IMG/VR virus record: IMGVR_UViG_2710264769_000001
Reading direction: 5' to 3' (one strand)
DNA length: 63,417 bases
Source: a virus
Shown here: piece by piece, positions 16,448-24,691 of the stretch
How the letters are laid out: every line of letters starts with the position of its first letter
How positions within the stretch are numbered: the stretch's first letter is position 1
Translations under genes and position numbers: made by a program
Notes under the pieces: model-generated
The model's input: the letters and a program-made list of their open reading frames with translations, nothing else
Told to the model about the DNA's origin: nothing
Databases searched by the model: none

Positions 16448-16666
16448 TCAACCTCCTTTTTTGGCTAACCATTTATCCCTGGCAGCACGACACTTGATCT
16501 TGTTTTTTATGTCCAGGAGCAGAACAACAAAATGCTCCCGGTCAATGCCTTCGAGGTAAGCGCGAAGCAGGGGAGCCGCTTCCGCAGGAGTAGAAACGTT
16601 TTTAATTTCAGAGGGAACCGAGGAATCACGAACCAGGGTAACTTTGTAACGGGGGATGCGATACAT
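16448..16666 (-). CDS. RadC-like N-terminal fragment; the JAB/MPN catalytic part is missing
   Basis: MYRIPRYKVTLVRDSSVPSEIKNVSTPAEAAPLLRAYLEGIDREHFVVLLLDIKNKI matches the start of RadC/UPF0758 JAB proteins. It then ends in an unrelated basic tail without the HxH...S...D motif. Confidence 0.6.
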   Translation of the reverse strand: MYRIPRYKVTLVRDSSVPSEIKNVSTPAEAAPLLRAYLEGIDREHFVVLLLDIKNKIKCRAARDKWLAKKGG

Positions 16667-16684
16667 CAACAACACTCCTTTCAA

Positions 16685-16996
16685 TCAGCCTTGGCAGGCT
16701 TTAATTTTGTTGTTTGCGGTTCCGTTCCAAAACCACATCGGTGGGAGATTGTCTGGTTCATGATAGAACCAGAAGTTGCCGTCCCTGGTGCGGGCGATAG
16801 CTGGAACATCTTTTGCCCACCAAGGCGGCCTGGAATAAGCGTCACGAAAAAGAACTTGTGCTTCGCGAGCGACGTAAATCCGAACTACATAGTCATTCTC
16901 GAATAAGCTGTCATAGGTGAAGGCCATCCCGTAGCCTGGGAAGGGATAAACTTTCAGTCCGGGATTGGCTTTTTGAAGCTTTTCTTTTAGGTTCAT
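16685..16996 (-). CDS. Hypothetical protein (Trp-rich), first gene of the minus-strand operon
   Basis: 103-aa ORF; AGGAGG RBS. Confidence 0.5.
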   Translation of the reverse strand: MNLKEKLQKANPGLKVYPFPGYGMAFTYDSLFENDYVVRIYVAREAQVLFRDAYSRPPWWAKDVPAIARTRDGNFWFYHEPDNLPPMWFWNGTANNKIKACQG

Positions 16997-17031
16997 TTTC
17001 TTCCGGGGCCTCCTTTTATTTATTAATGTAG

Positions 17032-17141
17032 TTTACTTATAGTCACTTTAATTATACAGCCAGCCAGCTATATGTGGCAAAAAGTAAACGAGGCTAAAAA
17101 TAACGATAGAAGGGTTTTTATGCCCTTAAAGTTTACTTTAG
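17032..17141. promoter_or_regulatory. Divergent control region with three copies of GTTTACTT
   Basis: agtttactta at 17032-41, aagtaaac (inverted) at 17084-91, agtttacttt at 17132-41. The outer copies are exactly 100 bp apart in an AT-rich 210-bp intergenic region. Confidence 0.45.
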
Positions 17142-17206
17142 ATAAACAATACTTAAAATTTCTACTGTTTTAGTGGCTTTAGGTAACTTTTTGAAGGCGG
17201 TGAAGT

Positions 17207-17803
17207 GTGATGGCAGGAAAGAAGAAGAAATTGACAGCGAAGCAGGAGAAATTCGTGGAAGAATATCTCGTGGACTTGAATGCTACCAGGGCTTATAAGG
17301 CCGCTTATCCTGCTACGAAAACGGATAATGCAGCAGCAGCCTCAGCAGTCAGGTTGCTAAGAGATGTTAAGATTCAGGAAGCGATTCAGAATCGCCGGCA
17401 GATTCTTGCCAAAAACACCATCACCCCGGAGAAAGTCGTAGAAGAATGGATGAAAATTGCCGGGTTGGATATAAAAGACTTTCTTTCATGGAGGACACAG
17501 TTGGGCGTAGTCGGATACACAGAAGACGGCCAGCCGGTTTTTGATTTTCGGCCAGTAATTGAATTGAAGGATTCGGAGCATGTAGACGGAACGCTGGTGC
17601 AGGAAGTTTCGATTAGTGAGAAAGGCGTTTTCAAATTCAAGCTCCACGACCGAATGAAGGCGCTGGAGAACATAGCGAAGCATCTAGGAATGTTTGTAGA
17701 AAAACAAGAAATTTCTGGTCCCGGTGGTGGACCGATTGAGATTGATCTTTCCGGGCTTACATTAGATGAATTGAGGCGGTTGGCGGCAAGTGAAGAAGAT
17801 TAA
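17207..17803 (+). CDS. terS: Terminase small subunit
   Basis: KKKLTAKQEKFVEEYLVDLNATRAYKAAYP...AAAASAVRLLRDVKIQEAI is the Terminase_2-type N-terminus. Confidence 0.85.
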   Translation: MMAGKKKKLTAKQEKFVEEYLVDLNATRAYKAAYPATKTDNAAAASAVRLLRDVKIQEAIQNRRQILAKNTITPEKVVEEWMKIAGLDIKDFLSWRTQLGVVGYTEDGQPVFDFRPVIELKDSEHVDGTLVQEVSISEKGVFKFKLHDRMKALENIAKHLGMFVEKQEISGPGGGPIEIDLSGLTLDELRRLAASEED

Positions 17804-17836
17804 ACGCTGCACCTATTTATTATTAGTATTATTTGT

Positions 17837-17874
17837 CGTCCCGGAAGGACGTTTTAAAACGTCCCAAAAGGACG
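17837..17874. repeat. Two CGTCC-N5-GGACG palindromes
   Basis: cgtcccggaaggacg (17837-51) and cgtcccaaaaggacg (17860-74). Confidence 0.7.
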
Positions 17875-17965
17875 AATTGTGATTTTTACGAGATTGAGAG
17901 GGTCTTTCAAAATGGTTTTAAAAGCGCGGGGAAAATGGGGAAAAATGAAAACTGTTGTGCCGTTT

Positions 17966-18000
17966 TAATCCTAAAACAGGTGATAATCCTAAAACAGGTG
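17966..18000. repeat. Tandem 17-bp direct repeat just upstream of terL
   Basis: taatcctaaaacaggtg at 17966-82 and 17984-18000. Confidence 0.8.
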
Positions 18001-18008
18001 GTTAACGG

Positions 18009-19562
18009 GTGATTAATACAATAGCCACAACAAAACAGGAAGCCATACGCCGTCTTGCGGCTAAAGAATTGTATAAAAGAAGTTGCCACGATTTTATTTC
18101 GCAGGCTGTGAAAATTGAAGATAAAGACATGCCGGGCGTGGTTATACCATTTAAAATGTGGCCGGACCAAAAATTTGTCTTAGATATATTTTTAAATCTT
18201 CGTCTTATCATTGTTCTCAAAGCCAGGCAGCTTGGGTTGACGTGGCTTGCACTCGCGTACATAGCCTGGAAGATGCTTTTTAATCCAGGCTTTTCTGTAT
18301 CAGCTCTTTCAAGGACAGAGAACGAAGCGGAAGAGCTTTCTCGCAGGCTTGGCTTTATCTTTCGTCATTTGCCGGATTGGTTATGTGTTGAAGGAAAGAA
18401 AGAACATCCTTATTTGCCGGTTTATGTACCTTTTACTACCTCTTTGGAACTTATTCATCCTGCTGGGGAACCGTCAACTTTTACTTCATTTACTAGCAGT
18501 CCAAATGCAGGCCGGAGCTTTACTGCCTCTTTAGTGCTTCTTGACGAGTGGGCCTTCCAGCAGTGGGCGGAAGAGATATGGACTGCTGCATATCCTACGG
18601 TAAACCGTCCGACAGGTGGTCAGGTGATTGGTCTTTCTACCGGAAGAATCGGGACGCTGTTTGAAAAAATATGGAATGGTGCAGTAAGACAAGAAAATGG
18701 GTTTTATCCTATTTTTTTACCGTGGAACGCAGATCCAAGGCGAACTCTGGAATGGAGAGAGCAGACAAAAAAAGACCTGCCAAATACTTACAAAGCAGAG
18801 TATCCAGAGACTGCCGAAGAAGCTTTTACGGTTGGAAAAGGTGCTTTTTTCCCAGAATGGAATCCAGAATTGCATATTATACCCGTACCCGGTTGGTATC
18901 CACCAAAATATTGCCAGCTTTATGGTGCTTACGATGCCGGTTTTGGTTCCAGGGCTTGTTTTAAATGGTATGCTGTATTCCCAGATGGAAGGGCAGTTTG
19001 CTATAGAGAATATTATCCGCAACATGTTACCGACCCAGAGCAAGCAAAAGAGATTTTAAGATTAAGCAAAAACCCTGCCGGAGAACAGGAGGACCTTATA
19101 GATATTGTAGCAGATCCTTCATGTTGGAATAAGCAGAGCGGGACAGGTGAAAGCACAGCGGAAATATTTGCGAATTACGGGTTATACATGAGAAAAGCAG
19201 ACAATGACCTCTCTAATGGCTGGAGAAGACTCCATCAATGGCTTATGCCGATAAAAGACAGTCAGGGAAACTATATCCCTTCTTTACGTTTTACCTATGC
19301 CTGCCCGAACACAATCAGGACTTATCCGGCATGTGAGCAGTCTAAAACTAACCCTGAAGATATTTCCAGTTCCAGCGAACACCATCCACAAGATGTTGAT
19401 AGGTATTTCTGTATGAGCAGGCCGGTACTAAGAGATCTTGCAGAAATGCTGGTTCCTGGCGGTCTGCCTGGAGAAGGGCAGAGAGAATGGGACTTTGACA
19501 GCGAGGAGGGGTTGGATGAGTATGAGGACGAGGATGTAAGCGATGAGCCGGGGTTTTATTGA
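18009..19562 (+). CDS. terL: Terminase large subunit
   Basis: LKARQLGLTWL (Walker A-like), LVLLDEWAF (Walker B), C-terminal nuclease-type acidic motifs, 517 aa. Confidence 0.85.
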   Translation: MINTIATTKQEAIRRLAAKELYKRSCHDFISQAVKIEDKDMPGVVIPFKMWPDQKFVLDIFLNLRLIIVLKARQLGLTWLALAYIAWKMLFNPGFSVSALSRTENEAEELSRRLGFIFRHLPDWLCVEGKKEHPYLPVYVPFTTSLELIHPAGEPSTFTSFTSSPNAGRSFTASLVLLDEWAFQQWAEEIWTAAYPTVNRPTGGQVIGLSTGRIGTLFEKIWNGAVRQENGFYPIFLPWNADPRRTLEWREQTKKDLPNTYKAEYPETAEEAFTVGKGAFFPEWNPELHIIPVPGWYPPKYCQLYGAYDAGFGSRACFKWYAVFPDGRAVCYREYYPQHVTDPEQAKEILRLSKNPAGEQEDLIDIVADPSCWNKQSGTGESTAEIFANYGLYMRKADNDLSNGWRRLHQWLMPIKDSQGNYIPSLRFTYACPNTIRTYPACEQSKTNPEDISSSSEHHPQDVDRYFCMSRPVLRDLAEMLVPGGLPGEGQREWDFDSEEGLDEYEDEDVSDEPGFY

Positions 19563-19851
19563 TCGGCAAGGGCATAGCAAAGCAAGAGCAAAGGAAAGAA
19601 AGGTGAAGAAAAGAATGGAAGAGCCAGTAACTTATGCTAATGAGAAAATAATTAAAAAAGAAAAGGTAGTTGAAATTGCCAGAGTTGTTCAGGATAGTAT
19701 ATACAATTATGGGAAAGCGAAAATATTCAATATACTTGAAGCAACTCTGGAAGGCCAAAAGCTTGAAGCCGCAAAGCGTATGGTGGAAGATGTTTTAGAT
19801 AAAATTGGTTATGAAAACAATATCATTGTTAGAAGTTTGATGGAGGAATAA
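19543..19851 (+). CDS. Hypothetical protein
   Basis: 102-aa ORF overlapping the terL end. Confidence 0.45.
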   Translation: MSRGFIDRQGHSKARAKERKVKKRMEEPVTYANEKIIKKEKVVEIARVVQDSIYNYGKAKIFNILEATLEGQKLEAAKRMVEDVLDKIGYENNIIVRSLMEE

Positions 19852-19853
19852 TA

Positions 19854-19885
19854 AAACCGGCCTGCCCTTGCCGGTTTACTTTTAT
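19854..19885 (+). terminator. Rho-independent terminator
   Basis: aaaccggc-ctgccctt-gccggttt followed by acttttat. Confidence 0.7.
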
Positions 19886-19899
19886 GGAGAGTGAAGCCA

Positions 19900-20126
19900 G
19901 TGTTTCCCAAAGGCCAAAAAGTGACAGTTTCAAAAAGGGTAGTCGCAGGGAAGCTGTTGTCGTTTATAGCCGTCCTGACATGATAGTAGTGGAGTATATC
20001 CCGGAGCCGAAAAGAAGCATTTTCGAGCAGAGGAAGGGAGCCTATAGAGAAACGTTTACGGTTGCAGACTTGGTGGAAAAAGATCAGAAAGGAGAACGGT
20101 ACTGCAAAATAGTGCCGGTGTTTTAA
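19900..20126 (+). CDS. Small SH3-like protein, apparently needing a -1 shift at an A5 run (19932-19936)
   Basis: GGAGAG lies 8 nt before GTG 19900, which gives VFPKGQKVTVSK... and stops at 19981. The tracked ORF 19884..20126 has no RBS, and its sequence looks protein-like only from ...KKGSRREAVVVYSRPDMIVVEY onward. Confidence 0.35.
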
Positions 20127-20143
20127 AAAGAAAGGGGACAGTA

Positions 20144-20452
20144 ATGCAAATACCGGAAACAATCAAAAAATTCTGGTGGGATAAACCACAACAAAAAGGG
20201 GGACAAAGCATCATGGACAGATGGGACCGTAAGACAGGCTTTTGCTGTGCTACATGTGCTCATTATGCGCCGAAGGACGAAGAAAAGGGACGTTGCCGCA
20301 GACATGCCCCTACGATACAGGGCTACCCGGTAGTGTATGCGGATACGGACTGGTGCGGGGATCATAAAATCGGGAGTAACCCGAGCAAGGTGCTGGCAAT
20401 GCAAAAGATACCCGGAACTTGGGTGCATCAATCAGGGGGAGAAGTTAAGTGA
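20144..20452 (+). CDS. Hypothetical Cys-rich protein
   Basis: 102-aa ORF with CCATCAHY...C...C...WCGDH. Confidence 0.5.
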   Translation: MQIPETIKKFWWDKPQQKGGQSIMDRWDRKTGFCCATCAHYAPKDEEKGRCRRHAPTIQGYPVVYADTDWCGDHKIGSNPSKVLAMQKIPGTWVHQSGGEVK

Positions 20453-20865
20453 ACAAGCATATCACAGCAGAGCAGCTCCAGGAGCTTACAGAGGATCAGA
20501 AGGAAAGGCTTAGAGCGTGGTGGAAACCGGAGGAAGGGGACAAGTTTTATGGCAAGGATTGGCGGGGAAGATATTGCACAGAATGGTGCGTTTATGTAAA
20601 CGAGGAAGGAGAAGTTTACAGGTATGGCTATGGTGATATTGACAAAATGGAAGATTGCCTGCCCCTGCTTTCTATCGGCCAGATGATTGAACTACTTGCC
20701 GAAGAAGATCCCGGTTCATGGTCAATAAATTGCACTACATCCGGCGGGTGGTATATAACTTCAAACAATCTTTACGGGCCGAAATTTTACGTTACAAATA
20801 ATGATGGGACGGACTTTATTGAGTTATGCGACGCCCTCTGGCAGGCCGTGAAGGAGGCCCTCTAA
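20449..20865 (+). CDS. Hypothetical protein
   Basis: 138-aa ORF with overlapping start and stop. Confidence 0.5.
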   Translation: MNKHITAEQLQELTEDQKERLRAWWKPEEGDKFYGKDWRGRYCTEWCVYVNEEGEVYRYGYGDIDKMEDCLPLLSIGQMIELLAEEDPGSWSINCTTSGGWYITSNNLYGPKFYVTNNDGTDFIELCDALWQAVKEAL

Positions 20866-21198
20866 ATGAATCATAATGCTGAAAGTATTGTCCCTGTCGA
20901 AAACTACAAACCTTCCAACGAATTTGAGAAACAGTTTATTGATTATTTTAAGGAGCAGATAGCGGGGATAGTTTTCGGCATAAAATTTGACGGCTATTCC
21001 CCAGACAAAGAAGTAATCCTGCTTCACCATACACCGATAAGGCTTTTCCAGGCTATAGAAAGGCTTTTGGGGGATAAGAACAGGTATTTCTATGTGAGAG
21101 CAAACGGATGCTATGAGCAGGAAAGATATGTTCCAACAATGGGTTCAAAAAAGCTTCATCGGGCCAATACTTATAGAATACGCATATTTCTTGAGTAA
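20866..21198 (+). CDS. Hypothetical protein
   Basis: 110-aa ORF. Confidence 0.45.
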   Translation: MNHNAESIVPVENYKPSNEFEKQFIDYFKEQIAGIVFGIKFDGYSPDKEVILLHHTPIRLFQAIERLLGDKNRYFYVRANGCYEQERYVPTMGSKKLHRANTYRIRIFLE

Positions 21199-21211
21199 GA
21201 AAAGATGTTAT

Positions 21212-21694
21212 ATGTCAAAAGGGGGAAGAAGATTGAAACCACAAAAAGAGATCGCTCCGGGCCTTCCGGCCAACATCAACCTTATTCCCGGCAATTCAGG
21301 TGCTGACGGCGATCTACCGGCCTACTATAACGATGGTATCTACACAACCCGCTGGAAGCTGTCTCTCAAAGAGCGGCTTTTAGTTTTTTTATCCGGTAAC
21401 ATCTGGCTGAACGTCATGGCAGTAGCACATCCGCCGGTAAGGCTGGACGCGGAAGCGCCGTTCGAGGTGGTCAAGATTAAAAAGCCGTGGGGAACTCTAT
21501 GGGGAACCGGGGAATTGGAACCGTTGGAACAAAAGAAGCAGACTGAGCAGACGCAACCGGAACCGCAGAAGCAACCCAAGCCTGTTTTCCATCCGGAAGA
21601 TTTCACGGGCGCGGAAGATGATACTCTGGAACCGGAGGACGAGGCCGAAAAGGAGAAGCGATCCGGGGACGACGACAGGGGGTTTTATAGTTGA
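21212..21694 (+). CDS. Hypothetical protein with an acidic/Pro-rich tail
   Basis: ATG 21212 within ORF 21113..21694. Confidence 0.45.
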   Translation: MSKGGRRLKPQKEIAPGLPANINLIPGNSGADGDLPAYYNDGIYTTRWKLSLKERLLVFLSGNIWLNVMAVAHPPVRLDAEAPFEVVKIKKPWGTLWGTGELEPLEQKKQTEQTQPEPQKQPKPVFHPEDFTGAEDDTLEPEDEAEKEKRSGDDDRGFYS

Positions 21695-21744
21695 TCCGTG
21701 TTAAGAAAGATTTTCCTGCACCTAACGAAATGAGGGGGATATCG

Positions 21745-22065
21745 ATGAATGATAAGAAATGCTGCGATAACTGCCGATGGTGGACGCATGACAGCGCCAT
21801 GATGGATGCCGTTATTGGAGAAGAAGGCTATTCGGTTTGCGGCAAACTTCATCCCATTACTCTTTACGGGAAAGAGGTTTATATGGACATTATCACTCCC
21901 AGGGAATTTTGCTGTCCTGAATGGTTAATAGACGATCCTGTCCCGGTTATGACCGATGAAGAGATCCGGGCCATGCTTGACGAAGATCCGGAAACAGGCG
22001 AAGATGATGATGTAACCGATGAAGAATGGAGTATCATAGCTGATGATAAGGCCCGTTCAAGTTAA
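21745..22065 (+). CDS. Hypothetical Cys-rich protein
   Basis: MNDKKCCDNCRWW...C...CC; GAGGGGG RBS. Confidence 0.45.
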   Translation: MNDKKCCDNCRWWTHDSAMMDAVIGEEGYSVCGKLHPITLYGKEVYMDIITPREFCCPEWLIDDPVPVMTDEEIRAMLDEDPETGEDDDVTDEEWSIIADDKARSS

Positions 22066-22234
22066 CATCTATGGCGGGGTAGACGAAGAAGAAGAGGGCC
22101 AATTCACGATATGCTGTCCTATATGCGGGATGGTTTTCATCTTTAAAGCCAGTCTGAAAATAGTCTGTCCGTTATGCAAGGCTTTAATCGAGTTCAGCCT
22201 GATACCCATGGACAGCGATCCGAGTTTACATTAA
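22043..22234 (+). CDS. Small zinc-ribbon protein
   Basis: CCPICG...CPLC. Confidence 0.4.
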   Translation: MIRPVQVNIYGGVDEEEEGQFTICCPICGMVFIFKASLKIVCPLCKALIEFSLIPMDSDPSLH

Positions 22235-22250
22235 AGGAGCGTGGAGGCAA

Positions 22251-22790
22251 ATGTCGTATAAGTGTAGTGCTTGCGGGAAAACGCATGAGAGTATGGGAGA
22301 ACTGCAGGCGTGTCACCAAGCCAGGAAACAGGCCAGTGCAGTTAATGCTATGCAGCCGCCAGTAAAGACGGAAGAGCCGGAAAAGGAAGAGAAGAAGCCT
22401 TTAGATGAACCGGTTATTGTTAAGAAGTTTCGTAAAAAGCCGGTAATTGTTGAGGCTTACCAGACAGACAAAGAGGCCCAAATTGAAACCCTGGAAGGAA
22501 CAATGACGGCAAGTCCGGGGGACTGGATAATTACAGGAGTAAACGGTGAGCAATATCCCTGCAAGCCGGATGTTTTTGAGAAAACTTATGAGCCGGTAGA
22601 TGAGCAGCAGGAGGCAAAGGAGCTTCCGACTGTCCAGGCCGAAGAAAACAAAGGAAAATTTATTATTCCTGCTGAGTTTTTACCCCCCGAAATTGAGTAT
22701 ATGAGCCAGGGCCAGTATATGAAGCTGAATGTGCTGGGTGTCTTGGGCGAAAAGGGCGTGGAAGTGGAAGAGGTGGAGCTATATCGATGA
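22251..22790 (+). CDS. Zinc-ribbon plus PGDYG-like domain protein
   Basis: CSACG...C N-terminus. [14 protein letters not shown]...[29 protein letters not shown] matches the PGDYG family pattern. Confidence 0.55.
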   Translation: MSYKCSACGKTHESMGELQACHQARKQASAVNAMQPPVKTEEPEKEEKKPLDEPVIVKKFRKKPVIVEAYQTDKEAQIETLEGTMTASPGDWIITGVNGEQYPCKPDVFEKTYEPVDEQQEAKELPTVQAEENKGKFIIPAEFLPPEIEYMSQGQYMKLNVLGVLGEKGVEVEEVELYR

Positions 22791-23074
22791 TACCCGACAA
22801 GGTTAAAATTGGCGGGATTGTGTACGATGTAAAATTTGTTGACATTGGTGAAGTGTCTGAAGATGATTGGAATATGAAAGGTTGTATCGTCTATTCCAAA
22901 CAGGAAATTAGAATCAAGAAGGGTATGTCTCCAGATTGCACAAATGAAGCATTTTTGCATGAATTGTTTCACGGCATATTTGACCATTGTGCTTTTGAGC
23001 AGGATGATACTACAATATCTCGTTTATCACACTGTATGTATCAGGTATTGAAGGATAATAAAATTCACTTTTAA
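22787..23074 (+). CDS. Mini HExxH protein (putative zinc metallopeptidase-like)
   Basis: [12 protein letters not shown] in a 95-aa ORF. Confidence 0.45.
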   Translation: MIPDKVKIGGIVYDVKFVDIGEVSEDDWNMKGCIVYSKQEIRIKKGMSPDCTNEAFLHELFHGIFDHCAFEQDDTTISRLSHCMYQVLKDNKIHF

Positions 23075-23161
23075 ATTGGACAGGCCCTGGCCGAAATGGT
23101 TTGGCCAGAGCCGAAACAAATGGAGTAAGAACAATAAAAAAGCAACAGGGGGAGTAAAGTA

Positions 23162-24049
23162 GTGAAATGCTTTCACCATAACGATCTTGACGGCAGATGC
23201 GCCGGTTATTGGGTAAACAAGTGGGCGTATAGAGACGATCCATACGGAGAAGAACCGGAGCTATTCGAGATTGACTATAAAGACACATTCCCGATGGATA
23301 AAATCAGGAAAAACGAGCTGGTCTACATCGTGGACTTCTCTATTCTGCCGGAGCAGATGACAGAGCTTCTTCAAATAACCAATAATGTAGTATGGATAGA
23401 TCACCACGAATCGGCCATAAAACGCTACAAAGATTTTGATACATCGCAAATTCGTGGAATCCAAAAAGTAGGAGTAGCCGGTTGCGTCCTCACTTACATT
23501 TATTTGTTCGAGCTGACCGACAGAGGTAGGCCGGGAAAACAGAAGAAGTTTGAAGATGCAATGATAACCAAAGTTCCGATGTTTACCCGGTTGATTGGTG
23601 ATCGTGATATATGGGCGTGGGTATTTGAGGAAAGAACGGCTAAGTTCTGCGCAGGTATGCTTGTTTACGATACCGATCCGACATCTGAGATATGGGAAGA
23701 TGCCATGAAAGACACCAAGCCTATTGAAGCCACAGGCGAGGTAGTCCTGGCATATCAGCATGTTCATAATCAGGAGATGCTAAAAGCCTATGCTTTTGAA
23801 ACTGAGTTTGAGGGGCATAAATGTATTGCCTGTAACGTGGGCCGTGTTTCCAGCCAGTTTTTTAGTGATTTAGCAAATAAATACGATATTATGATGCCCT
23901 TTGTATTCGATGGGAACGTTTTTACCGTGTCTCTATACACTGTCAAAGGTATTGATGTATCCGAGATAGCGGAGAAATACGGCGGTGGCGGCCATAAGCA
24001 GGCGGCTGGTTTTAACTGCAAGGAGCTGCCGTTTAAGAAGATAGCTTAA
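23162..24049 (+). CDS. DHH/DHHA1 phosphoesterase (NrnA/RecJ-like)
   Basis: HHNDLDGRCAG (DHH motifs I-II), WIDHHES (DHH), GGGGHKQAAGF (DHHA1 GGGH..AAG). Confidence 0.8.
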   Translation: MKCFHHNDLDGRCAGYWVNKWAYRDDPYGEEPELFEIDYKDTFPMDKIRKNELVYIVDFSILPEQMTELLQITNNVVWIDHHESAIKRYKDFDTSQIRGIQKVGVAGCVLTYIYLFELTDRGRPGKQKKFEDAMITKVPMFTRLIGDRDIWAWVFEERTAKFCAGMLVYDTDPTSEIWEDAMKDTKPIEATGEVVLAYQHVHNQEMLKAYAFETEFEGHKCIACNVGRVSSQFFSDLANKYDIMMPFVFDGNVFTVSLYTVKGIDVSEIAEKYGGGGHKQAAGFNCKELPFKKIA

Positions 24050-24067
24050 GGTTAAAGGAGTGACCCT

Positions 24068-24250
24068 ATGAGCCAGGAAAAAGAAGCCATGCTCCTCCAC
24101 CCTAACGAGAAAAGATTGATTCAGAAAATACGGGAGCTGGGTCACGGGATCATAACGGACCTGCAAGTAAGGAACAGCCTGCCGGAAGAAGCAAAGATCG
24201 TTTATGAAAAGGTCCGTTTCAATATTCCGGAGGGAAAGGAGGGGAGATAG
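24068..24250 (+). CDS. Hypothetical small protein
   Basis: 60-aa ORF with an RBS. Confidence 0.35.
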   Translation: MSQEKEAMLLHPNEKRLIQKIRELGHGIITDLQVRNSLPEEAKIVYEKVRFNIPEGKEGR

Positions 24251-24541
24251 ATGCCGGAAGCGTGTGTTGCTAAGACAGAAATGAAAGCACCAGCCTTACT
24301 TGATGCCAGCATAAAAGATTTAGGTCGTGAAGTTATGAGAACAAAGGAGCTTATATACAGGCTGCACGGGATTTTGTTTGTCCCAAGGCTGGAAAGCGAA
24401 GATTGTGAAAAGGCCGGGGCAGAAAACAAAATAACAAGTGTTCTTGATTTTACACGGAACGAATTATTTGAAGCCAATGATAGTTTATTAAATATCTGCA
24501 TTGAGTTGGAAGAAGTAGTCGGGCAGATCAAAATCCTCTAG
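24251..24541 (+). CDS. Hypothetical protein
   Basis: 96-aa ORF. Confidence 0.4.
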   Translation: MPEACVAKTEMKAPALLDASIKDLGREVMRTKELIYRLHGILFVPRLESEDCEKAGAENKITSVLDFTRNELFEANDSLLNICIELEEVVGQIKIL

Positions 24542-24591
24542 AGCTACCCTTAAAACTAAATACCGTTTTCCATAGCGTTATGAAACGTCTT

Positions 24592-24658
24592 GGGGAGGCC
24601 GAGAGCAGAAGAACCGCATAAACAGCGGTTTTTGTGTTCTCTGTCTCCCCATTTTTTA
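24592..24658 (+). terminator. Long-stem rho-independent terminator
   Basis: ggggag...gaaccgc-ataaaca-gcggtt...ctcccc followed by attttttatt. Confidence 0.75.
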
Positions 24659-24691
24659 TTTGGTGGCAGAGTTGAAAGGTGGTGATTAATA

